From Flavobacteriales bacterium (GTDB lineage Bacteria > Bacteroidota > Bacteroidia > Palsa-965): a stretch of 64,000 nt of DNA. Positions 8,667-17,900 of this stretch are shown piece after piece (the stretch's first letter is position 1; the number at the start of each line of letters is the position of its first letter). The notes under the pieces are model-generated. The model made no database searches and had not been told where the DNA came from. It was given only the letters and a program-made list of their open reading frames with translations. Location of the stretch: positions 64,001-128,000 of the forward strand of contig JBEIPA010000006.1 of the NCBI GenBank assembly GCA_040377305.1. Direction: 5' to 3'. Both the position numbers and the translations under genes were made by a program.

Positions 8667-9578
8667 ATGAGTAAAAATTATACACTTAAACATTTACAGG
8701 AGCTCGAATCGGAATCGATTTACGTATTGCGCGAAGTAGCTGCGCAATTTGAGAATCCTGCGTTGCTGTTCTCCGGTGGAAAAGATTCCATCGTGGTGAG
8801 CCACCTGGCACGAAAGGCTTTTGCTCCGGCGAAAATTCCCTTTCCGCTTATGCACATTGATACGGGACATAATTTCCCGGAAACCTTGGAGTATCGCGAC
8901 TGGTGGGCGAATGAAATTGGAGCGAAGTCCATCATTAAATATGTGCAGGATTCTATAGACAAGGGGCGCGCAACGGAAGAGAAAGGAATCAACGCAAGTC
9001 GTAACGTTTTGCAGACGGTAACTCTTCTCGACGCGATTGAAGAACTGAAACTCGATTGTTGCATCGGTGGTGCACGCCGCGATGAAGAGAAAGCACGGGC
9101 GAAAGAACGGTTCTTCTCTCACCGCGATGAATTCGGTCAGTGGGATCCGAAGAACCAGCGTCCGGAATTATGGAACCTGTTCAACGGCAGAAAAAATGTA
9201 GGCGAACACTTCCGCGTATTCCCGATTTCAAACTGGACGGAGATGGATGTGTGGCAATATATCCTCGCAGAAAATATTCCGCTTCCGAAAATCTACTTCT
9301 CGCACAAGCGTAAAGTTTTTATGCGTGATGGGCAATGGCTGGCTGGTGATTTCGATTTTCTCGCGAAGAAACCGACAGAAGTGGTAGAAGAGAAAATTAT
9401 CCGCTTCCGTACGATTGGCGATATTACATGTACGGGTGCAGTAGAATCAACAGCATCAACGCTCGAGGAAATAGTGCAGGAAGTTGCAGCGTCACGCACA
9501 ACCGAACGCGGAACACGTGCTGATGATAAACGTAGCGAAGCTGCAATGGAAGATCGTAAGAAACAAGGCTATTTTTAA
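8667..9578 (+). CDS. cysD: Sulfate adenylyltransferase subunit 2
   Basis: LFSGGKDS, HIDTGHNF, GGARRDEEKARAKER, RVFPISNWTE, MEDRKKQGYF. Confidence 0.97.
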   Translation: MSKNYTLKHLQELESESIYVLREVAAQFENPALLFSGGKDSIVVSHLARKAFAPAKIPFPLMHIDTGHNFPETLEYRDWWANEIGAKSIIKYVQDSIDKGRATEEKGINASRNVLQTVTLLDAIEELKLDCCIGGARRDEEKARAKERFFSHRDEFGQWDPKNQRPELWNLFNGRKNVGEHFRVFPISNWTEMDVWQYILAENIPLPKIYFSHKRKVFMRDGQWLAGDFDFLAKKPTEVVEEKIIRFRTIGDITCTGAVESTASTLEEIVQEVAASRTTERGTRADDKRSEAAMEDRKKQGYF

Positions 9579-9656
9579 GTTCGGAGATAGGAGTTGGGAG
9601 ACGGGAGTAAAATTCCGCTACAATTTCACAACTGAACACAACATACAATTAGTGAT

Positions 9657-10952
9657 ATGAGTAATACTACACACCCGGCTCCGAACTCCGAACTCCAATC
9701 TTATTTAGACATGGATCTCTTGCGGTTTACCACTGCAGGAAGTGTTGATGACGGAAAATCAACTTTGATCGGACGACTGCTATACGATTCGAAATCGATC
9801 TTCGAAGATCAGTACGAAGCAGTAAAAGCTTCGAGCGAAAAACGTGGCGAAGAATATGTGAACCTCGCACTTCTTACCGACGGATTGCGTGCAGAACGCG
9901 AGCAAGGAATTACGATTGATGTTGCATACCGGTATTTTGCAACACCAAAACGTAAATTCATCATTGCAGATACCCCTGGACATATTCAGTACACACGTAA
10001 CATGGTGACGGGCGCTTCCACAGCAAATCTTGCAATCATTCTCATTGATGCGCGCAAAGGTGTGATTGAACAAACCATGCGTCACACGTTCATCGCTTCC
10101 TTGTTGCGCATTCCGCACATTGTTGTTTGCGTGAACAAAATGGATTTGGTCGAGTATAAAGAAGAGGTCTACAACTCCATCAGGAAAGATTACCAGGCTT
10201 TTGCATCGAAACTGGATTCAATCGACATTCACTTCCTGCCAATTTCTGCCCTGAACGGAGACAACGTTGTTGATCGCTCAGACAAGATGCCGTGGTATGA
10301 AGGTTCTACCCTGCTCTATCTGCTGGAGAATATTCACATTGCATCCGACCACAATCACATCGATTGCCGCTTTCCGGTACAATATGTAATTCGCCCAATG
10401 AGTAACGAACATCACGACTATCGCGGATTCGCTGGTCGTGTTGCAGGTGGTATTTTCAAGACAGGCGATAAAGTCACTGTGCTTCCTTCCGGATTTCAAT
10501 CGAAAGTAAAGTCAATTGACACGTTTTCCGGACCCATCGAAGAAGCATTTGCACCAATGAGTGTGACACTTACACTTGAAGATGAAATTGATATTTCCAG
10601 AGGTGATATGATCGTGCGGGAGAATAATCAGCCGCATGTTTCTCAGGATCTGGATGCAATGATCTGCTGGTTCCATTCAAAACCGCTTCAGGCAAACAGC
10701 AAGTTTGTAATTCGTCATACTTCCCGGGAAGCACGTTGCATGGTGAAAGAAATTCAGTACAAAGTCGACATCAACACACTTCATCGTCTGGAGGATGATA
10801 AAAACATACAGATGAATGATATTGCGAGAATCAGGATTCGCACTACAATTCCGTTGCTGTTCGATAGTTATTCGCGCAACAGAAATACCGGGGGAATAAT
10901 TTTGGTTGATGAAGCAACGAATGAAACGGTGGCGGCTGGAATGATTGTCTAA
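9657..10952 (+). CDS. cysN: Sulfate adenylyltransferase subunit 1 (GTPase)
   Basis: GSVDDGKSTLIGRLL, EREQGITIDVAYRYF, DTPGH, NKMD, TVAAGMI. Confidence 0.97.
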   Translation: MSNTTHPAPNSELQSYLDMDLLRFTTAGSVDDGKSTLIGRLLYDSKSIFEDQYEAVKASSEKRGEEYVNLALLTDGLRAEREQGITIDVAYRYFATPKRKFIIADTPGHIQYTRNMVTGASTANLAIILIDARKGVIEQTMRHTFIASLLRIPHIVVCVNKMDLVEYKEEVYNSIRKDYQAFASKLDSIDIHFLPISALNGDNVVDRSDKMPWYEGSTLLYLLENIHIASDHNHIDCRFPVQYVIRPMSNEHHDYRGFAGRVAGGIFKTGDKVTVLPSGFQSKVKSIDTFSGPIEEAFAPMSVTLTLEDEIDISRGDMIVRENNQPHVSQDLDAMICWFHSKPLQANSKFVIRHTSREARCMVKEIQYKVDINTLHRLEDDKNIQMNDIARIRIRTTIPLLFDSYSRNRNTGGIILVDEATNETVAAGMIV

Positions 10953-10978
10953 CTTGTAAAACCCCAACATCACCGCTG

Positions 10979-11602
10979 ATGAAAAAGACGCTTGCATTGT
11001 TCGCCACACTTCTCTACCTGACATCAACTGCACAAGTCATTGATAAAGGTGACTTCATTATTCAAGCGGGTGGTGGTCTCAGTATTTATCACCATCAATT
11101 TACCGATCTGACAAATAACGTGGTTAACGATCGCGACACTTCCGGCTCGTGGTCATTCCCGTTCCAGCTCGAATATGGAGTAAACCGTTGGCTCGGTGGT
11201 GGACTTGCGTTCACGTACAATGCATTCATAGAAGGAGACAGTAGCGGTAACGATAAAGCCACTACAATCGACATTGTTCCAACCGCACATCTTCACGTGC
11301 CGTGGGGCCTGAAACATTTTGATTTCACTGCGAGTGTAGGATTTGGATACATTGCTTTCAAATACACTATTGACGAACCGAACAATCCCGTTGCAAAAGC
11401 TGGAGGCACCGTTCTCGTTATAGGAGTTAATCCCCGTTTGTATTTCGGTGAAAGTGCGCGATTCGGAATCACCGCCTGGTATCGTTACACCAAACACAAT
11501 TTCAAAGAAGGAACGGTGAGTGATGACAACAACTTGGAATACAAGTTCAAGCTGGAAGGTCCGGGCAATGGTTTCGGACTCGGATTGGTTTTTAAAATTT
11601 AG
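10979..11602 (+). CDS. Small outer-membrane beta-barrel protein
   Basis: Signal peptide, alternating aromatic/Gly strands, C-terminal GLGLVFKI. Confidence 0.7.
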   Translation: MKKTLALFATLLYLTSTAQVIDKGDFIIQAGGGLSIYHHQFTDLTNNVVNDRDTSGSWSFPFQLEYGVNRWLGGGLAFTYNAFIEGDSSGNDKATTIDIVPTAHLHVPWGLKHFDFTASVGFGYIAFKYTIDEPNNPVAKAGGTVLVIGVNPRLYFGESARFGITAWYRYTKHNFKEGTVSDDNNLEYKFKLEGPGNGFGLGLVFKI

Positions 11603-11604
11603 CG

Positions 11605-12114
11605 ATGTACATTTTCGAATCAGAACGGTTTCGCTTTCGCGAGCTCACGGGTGATGACGCGCAGTTTGGTTTCGACCTCAACAGCGATCCGGAAGTCAAT
11701 CAATACACGGGCGATCCTGCATTTGAATCCGTTGAAGAAGCGCGCGCGTTTATGGATGCGTACACTGAAACGTATCGTCGCAATCGCTGTGGCCGCTGGG
11801 GAATGGAATTGAAATCAACCGGCGAACTTGTTGGTTGGTGCGGATTGAAATTTCACCCGAATGAACAAGTGCATGATGTCGGCTATCGTCTCTTCAAAAA
11901 ACATTGGGGAAAAGGTTACGCCAGTGAAGCTTGTCAACGCACAATCGAATTCGGTTTCCAGGACATGAACCTCGCACGCATAGTTGCGCATGCGCGAAAA
12001 GAAAATTCCGCATCCCTCCGTGTGTTGGAGAAATGCGGAATGAAGGTGATTGGTGAAGGAAAAGAATGCGGAGGAGATATTTTTATTTTTGAAATTATCT
12101 ATCCGAAGTCCTGA
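11605..12114 (+). CDS. GNAT family N-acetyltransferase (RimJ/RimL-like)
   Basis: ESERFRFRE, VGWCGL, WGKGYASEA, NSASLRVLEKCGM. Confidence 0.9.
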   Translation: MYIFESERFRFRELTGDDAQFGFDLNSDPEVNQYTGDPAFESVEEARAFMDAYTETYRRNRCGRWGMELKSTGELVGWCGLKFHPNEQVHDVGYRLFKKHWGKGYASEACQRTIEFGFQDMNLARIVAHARKENSASLRVLEKCGMKVIGEGKECGGDIFIFEIIYPKS

Positions 12115-12116
12115 TC

Positions 12117-12905
12117 CTACTTAATCAATGGCGAAACCGTTTCAGTGATTTCCTTTGCGGTTTCAACAATCAACTTGTTGTATTCGTTAAAGCCGTATGC
12201 GAGTCCATTCTGCATCGTGCTGATTGCTCCGCCAAAAGCGAATGCATGGTGCGATGCAACTGCGCTCTGTGTCGGAGATCTCGATACATCACCGAAATAA
12301 GGATCATAAAAACCCGGTTGATACGAAGCGGTAATCTTCTCATCGCTATGCGCAACCTTGTTTACAGTTCCCGTCTTCACAACCGTTTCCCCTTTTTTCA
12401 GTTCGTACGTAACCGTCAAACCCAGGTCGGTTGGTGTACACGACTCTTTCTTCGAACCGAAAGTAATAATGAACAACACAATGATGTATCCTTTGTTGTT
12501 GTACTTGAACTTGAAGTTGGAGCTGTCCACCTTTAAGTTGAGTGTGTAGTTGTCTGCAGGAGACAATTTTTTAGCACTCAGTTCATTTTCAACAGCCGCC
12601 TTCAGATTCTCTTCCATCGGATCCTGCAAAGACGTTTCTCCTGGTTTGAGTGTAAGCTTCTTCCCAAAGAAAGCAACGAAAGGCAAAGGAACTACATAGC
12701 CGCTTTTATCTGCGAGAAGTCCTTTTTCCGGAATTCCCACAACATCATCTGCCGATGTTACTGAAACCGTTACAGAAGCCGGCGCAGCACCCGCAGTAAG
12801 CGAGGGTAATTGTTGCGTGTCCATCCACAATCCAACATTCTTATACGAAGTACAGGCAGTAAACAGTATTCCAACCGCGAGTAGCGGCAGCATAATTTTT
12901 TTCAT
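12117..12905 (-). CDS. Hypothetical lipoprotein
   Basis: MKK..hydrophobic..FTAC lipobox; 262 aa; no recognised family. Confidence 0.7.
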   Translation of the reverse strand: MKKIMLPLLAVGILFTACTSYKNVGLWMDTQQLPSLTAGAAPASVTVSVTSADDVVGIPEKGLLADKSGYVVPLPFVAFFGKKLTLKPGETSLQDPMEENLKAAVENELSAKKLSPADNYTLNLKVDSSNFKFKYNNKGYIIVLFIITFGSKKESCTPTDLGLTVTYELKKGETVVKTGTVNKVAHSDEKITASYQPGFYDPYFGDVSRSPTQSAVASHHAFAFGGAISTMQNGLAYGFNEYNKLIVETAKEITETVSPLIK

Positions 12906-12993
12906 AGGTAGGAGTTTCAGCGTTTTAAGGACACAATGTATTAATCGTCCGGCAAAGTATCGATACCAATTAGAGGAAAGTCGTTGGACAACT

Positions 12994-13458
12994 CTAGGAC
13001 ACCGCGCAAATCATGTCCAGATGTGGAATATCATCTTCCAAATACTCCTCTTTCTCACTCCGCTTAAATCCAAACTTCTCATAATATTTCTTCAAATAGC
13101 TCTGCGCTGAAATACGAACCGGCACATCACCAAAGTGATCTTTAATGTACTGCATGGTTTTTTCCATGAGCATCATTCCTGCTCCTGTACCTCGAACAGT
13201 TGAAGACGTTGCCACTCTTCCGATCGAAACTTCATCGTAAGAAACACCCTGCGGAAGAATGCGAGCTACCGCAACGAGTTCTCCGTTGAGCCAACCCATC
13301 ACGTGCATACTGTATTCGTCTTTGTAATCGGGATCCTGATAAGGACACTTTTGCTCAACGACAAATATAGCCGCGCGCAAGGCGAGGACAGCGTGTATTT
13401 CCCCTGCGCTCATGTCGCGGAACTTCTTGCATTGCCAGGTAATTGCTGCGTTGCTCAT
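12994..13458 (-). CDS. ElaA-like GNAT acetyltransferase
   Basis: LRAAIFVVEQKCPYQDPD, SIGRV, ISAQSYL, YLEDDIPH. Confidence 0.9.
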   Translation of the reverse strand: MSNAAITWQCKKFRDMSAGEIHAVLALRAAIFVVEQKCPYQDPDYKDEYSMHVMGWLNGELVAVARILPQGVSYDEVSIGRVATSSTVRGTGAGMMLMEKTMQYIKDHFGDVPVRISAQSYLKKYYEKFGFKRSEKEEYLEDDIPHLDMICAVS

Positions 13459-13841
13459 TGGGGTTGCAAAAATTTAATTCGCTTAGCCAAAATACGGTAT
13501 AGCAGTACACCGCTAACCGCTCCGAACGAATTCGCAACGAAATCATACAGGTCTGCAGAACGATCCTGAAAAAATGTGCCCTGCATGATTTCCAGCAATC
13601 CTCCATACGGAATAGCAATCGCCAGTGCGAATAAAACCGTGGTAATATGAGCCACTCGCAAATAAGCGAATTTCATTCCCCGCATCAGCAGAATGACCAG
13701 CACGAAAAATATTCCGGCGTGAACCCACTTGTCGAACGCGAGCATCTCCAAAAAAGAAATGTGCGGAATATCCCTTCCCGGCATCGCACATGCCACGAAG
13801 ATGAAAATGAACCAAACGATTGCAGGGAGAAAATACTTCAT
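13455..13841 (-). CDS. VanZ family membrane protein
   Basis: DKWVHAGIF, LEIMQ, RSADLYDFVANSFG. Confidence 0.88.
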   Translation of the reverse strand: MKYFLPAIVWFIFIFVACAMPGRDIPHISFLEMLAFDKWVHAGIFFVLVILLMRGMKFAYLRVAHITTVLFALAIAIPYGGLLEIMQGTFFQDRSADLYDFVANSFGAVSGVLLYRILAKRIKFLQPQ

Positions 13842-13920
13842 GCTATTATTCGAAAATTTGAAGATTCGAGATTCGAATCCGCGTGCTATAATACAACGTT
13901 CCGCGAGAAATATGGAATGA

Positions 13921-13947
13921 AAAAACCCGGTGATCTAAACCGGGTTT
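13921..13947 (-). terminator. Rho-independent terminator after gcvH
   Basis: aaacccggt-gatctaa-accgggttt with a T-run on the minus strand. Confidence 0.7.
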
Positions 13948-13980
13948 ATTTTCGAATATTCAAATTTTCAAATCCTCGGA

Positions 13981-14361
13981 TTATTGGCCAACCATCGCTC
14001 TGTAAGCTGTTGCGTCCATCAATCCTGCAACTTCAGAAGCATTGCTCATTTCCACTTTAATCATCCAGCCTTTTCCATAAGGATCTGTATTCACGTCTTG
14101 TGGATTAGCATCAATGCCATCATTCTTTGCTGTTATTGTTCCAGAAACCGGCATGAACAAATCAGAAACTGTTTTCACCGCTTCTACTGTTCCGAAAACT
14201 TCGTGCTGGTTCATTGACTCCCCAACTGTTTCGATTTCAACGTAAACGATGTCACCCAATTCGCCTTGCGCGAAATCAGTAACGCCGATTGTTGCTGTGT
14301 TTCCTTCGATAAGAACCCACTCGTGGTCCTTCGTGTATTTAAGATTGTCAGGGAAGTTCAT
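13981..14361 (-). CDS. gcvH: Glycine cleavage system H protein
   Basis: YTKDHEWV, GVTDFAQGELGDIVYV, VEAVKTVSD (lipoyl Lys), DPYGKGW; TACATTTG at 14381-14388. Confidence 0.97.
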   Translation of the reverse strand: MNFPDNLKYTKDHEWVLIEGNTATIGVTDFAQGELGDIVYVEIETVGESMNQHEVFGTVEAVKTVSDLFMPVSGTITAKNDGIDANPQDVNTDPYGKGWMIKVEMSNASEVAGLMDATAYRAMVGQ

Positions 14362-14411
14362 AGTGCTTTTTTATGGTGAACAAATGTAACCAAAAAATGA
14401 ATCGTCAGTCC

Positions 14412-14957
14412 TCATTTTGGGGATTTTGCCAATGAAACGACAACCTTAAATAGCCGCTCCATATCCTTGCCAGCCGGAGCCATACAATTGATATAGATGA
14501 AACCACTCTGTGTTTTGATCGAACCTACACGCGCAATACATCTAACTGCAATTAGCGGATAATCTGTGAACACCTCGTAATTTCCCAATACGAGCAAAGA
14601 AGTAGTTCCAATCTGAAGCGTTCCTGGAACTGGCCCTTGTCTGTATTTCCACTCCATCTTGAGCTGTGCGCATTTACAGGTGTCACCAATCAAAAAGAAA
14701 GAAAAAGATGAATCCGTAGTTTGGGTCATTCGATACTCTTTCGGCAATCGAATCGTATATCCGGTATTTCCAAGAATCAACAAACTGTCCTCTAGTGCAT
14801 TCTCGTTTGCAACCTGAATATTGATCTCAGAAATCACTGGGATGGTATCCGATGCGCGCTCCCCTTCTGAATTTGATGGAGACAGATTGGCAACTAACAA
14901 AACTGCGCTGATGACAAAAATCACCAGCGCAGTTAATATCACATTATCACGATTCAT
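14412..14957 (-). CDS. Hypothetical membrane-anchored protein
   Basis: 181 aa ORF with an N-terminal hydrophobic segment; start overlaps the sprA stop. Confidence 0.6.
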   Translation of the reverse strand: MNRDNVILTALVIFVISAVLLVANLSPSNSEGERASDTIPVISEINIQVANENALEDSLLILGNTGYTIRLPKEYRMTQTTDSSFSFFLIGDTCKCAQLKMEWKYRQGPVPGTLQIGTTSLLVLGNYEVFTDYPLIAVRCIARVGSIKTQSGFIYINCMAPAGKDMERLFKVVVSLAKSPK

Positions 14958-17900
14958 TATTGCAGCAGGAATCTCAAACTCAACCCTGCATTCGTGTTCG
15001 CCGTTTTGAACGAAGACGATACAAGTGGATTCGTCATCACGCGATCGCAGAAGAAACGAACGATCAACTTGTCTGTCATCTGATAATCGGCAGAGGTCTT
15101 GATCGAAAGAATGTTCTGTCCCGCTGTGAGTACGTTGATTTCCTCAACACTCTTACGGATCACCGTTTGGTTGTTACGGAATGAAACGTCTGCACGTAAG
15201 TTCAAATCACTCTTCGGAATAGAAATCTTTCCTCCCATGAACTTCTTGAAGAACTTCAACTCCAGCTGCGGAATACGATAACCCATTCCGAACACGTATT
15301 CTTTTCCACTCACCTCTGTAAGCTGGGTGTTCGCAAGGCTAAGGCTCAATGTGCGGTCTTTCTTGAACTCAAACTTCGTAGAGAAATTACGCTTGCCAGC
15401 CCAGACAACATCGATGCTGATCATTGGTGTAAACTGCTCAGAGATCTGAACCGAACCAATCTGATACTTGCTTTCGAAGTCGAGGCTTACGTTACGCGCT
15501 TCTGTGAAGCCATCCTGATCTCCATCAGAGTGATTGAGGTTCGTCAGGAATCCGCTTACCGAATACGTTGAACGATACGTGTGACCAAAAGTAACCGTTT
15601 TGAAAAACTTACGGATTTTAGGAATCTTCGTGAGTCCGTCGTACGTGATGCGCCAGTTCGGCAATGGCATGGCAGGGAAAACTCCTTTTTGACCTACCGG
15701 TTGGTTTGCTGCATTCTTTCCGGTGTAAGCCGCGAGGAATGCAGGAATCAAAACATCCTGAGAAACCCGTGAGTAGCCATCTGCGAAACCATCTGTGTTA
15801 ATACCAGTTGAGTAAGGACTTTCAACACCCATACGTCCGGAAACAACCGCGCGATTATTAAGGAACTGCTCAAACACAGGTGAGTTGTGATCCTTGTCGT
15901 CACCTTTGAATGCCGTGTTCCAGGTGATGATCGATACGCTGTAGCTTCCTGTTTCAGTTGTCGACTGACGAAGGAATTCATTAATGGTTTCATCCCAGCG
16001 GTAGAACTCACTTCTGTTCAATGAATTTGTCTTGCTTATGTTCAGTTCGATTTTCACATCCGGGAATGGCTCAAGCGCTGCACGTCCCGTGAGGTTTTGT
16101 GTATTGCCTCGCGTGTATGGAACATAGATCGATTGCTCTTGCACGAGCCATCCGTTTGCTTCAGCATACAATGGGAAATCCTGGTCTTTGTTCGGTCCGA
16201 AATGTTGTTGCTTTCCGAAGAGGAACCCAAGTCCCGGTGCTGAAAACTTCTCATCGAATCCAAGTAACTGCGTACGCGGTTTGTATCCCGGCAATGCAAG
16301 TGTTGAATTGTTCGAGTAGTTCACCGACACCGTTCTCAACGTCATCACAGCACGTGCGATGTATTCAACGATTTCATACTGGTCGTTGTCTTTCTTCGTT
16401 GTGTCTTTCGGTGCATTCGGTTTCGGTGCTGGTTGTGCTCCGATCTTCTTATTGTTTACTTTCTTCAGGTACGGAATCTTGTTGTACAACGTAACCATGT
16501 TCAGTTGACCGGTGAGTGTCCACTGGGCGTTGTTGCCGATGGAGTTCCCGATTGAATCTGCAGCCAACGGTCCACGAGTCCAGGTGTAACCTGTCTGGTA
16601 ACGCGCGTTCGCAGTTATCCAATCGAATACAGGAATCTTGTTTATCGGAACGGTGTATGAGAAATTCGACTGGTGATGATACGTCATCGTAGTACCGAAT
16701 CCACGGATATTGCTGATGAGCGTATCCTGCTTCTCAGGTGTATCAATCTTTCCATACGGCTCAAGAACCTGTGCCATGTTATCGGCACTGAAATCGAATT
16801 TCAGGTTCTTCGTGATGTCCCAGCGGATATCATAATTTCTGTTCCACACGAAATTCTTGTTGAAGTTCGTCGGCGTGAAAATGTCGTTGTAACCTGTAAT
16901 GTTACGCTGCTTCATTTCACTAAACGTACGATTCAGATCCATCGATGCACCCATGGATGCAGGCAACGGAGCAAGCTGGAATTCGCGCATGATCGTCATC
17001 CATTTGCCTTTCGCCCACTTCTTCTTCTCGAATGGTTTCCACGGTTTCATCTGCGGCTGGTAAGACCATGTAAGTCCGCCTCTGTGATTTTTTGCTGACG
17101 AATACTCGATATTCACGTTGTGACGATACACTTCTGTGTACGCGTAACTCGCTGTGAAATTCGATATATCCCAGATGTTCGACTTACCACCCTTAGCTTT
17201 CTCTTTGTGAACGTTCGTGAAGTTGAGCGATTTTCGTCGTGTATAATCTACCGTCGCGCCACGTATTGAGTCGCGCGCATTGTCTCCCAAATCTTCATTC
17301 GAAAGAACAGGCGCCAACAGAATGTCCGGATCAAGCGGATTGAACTGCGGTGTAATGAATGTTTCACCGTAACCCCAGAAAAGTGGCAAACGAATTCCTG
17401 TTTTCTCAGGGAAGAAACGTCCAAGCTCGAGCTGTGTTGATACGTCGTAGTTCATTTGCTTCTCGCGCAAACGATCACTTACTTTCTTCTCGATGCTTCC
17501 GAAACCTGGAGTTGCCATGTTACCCGACAGGTTCACGATACCGAAGTCAGCAAGCTTAGCAGTAACTCGTGCAGTTGCAGCCCAACCGCCGTCTTCGTTG
17601 AAATCTGTCAAACGTAATTCGTTGAACCAAACTTCCGCACACTTCGACAATCCGTCGTCCGATCCCTGGTTCGCGCTTGTCATTTTCGGATTGCGGATAC
17701 CTAGCATAAATACTTTGATTGATGCAAGGTTTGGATTTCCTTTAACTGTAACGCGACGTTCAGGATGATCAGGATCTACCACTGAGTATTCTGCAGTCAA
17801 TGATGCGGTACCGTTTGCAATGGCGATGTTACGCTGCTGTTTTGCATACTGGAGCAACTCGAATGAAAGTTCCATCGTATTTGCATCCGGCCAAACTTGT

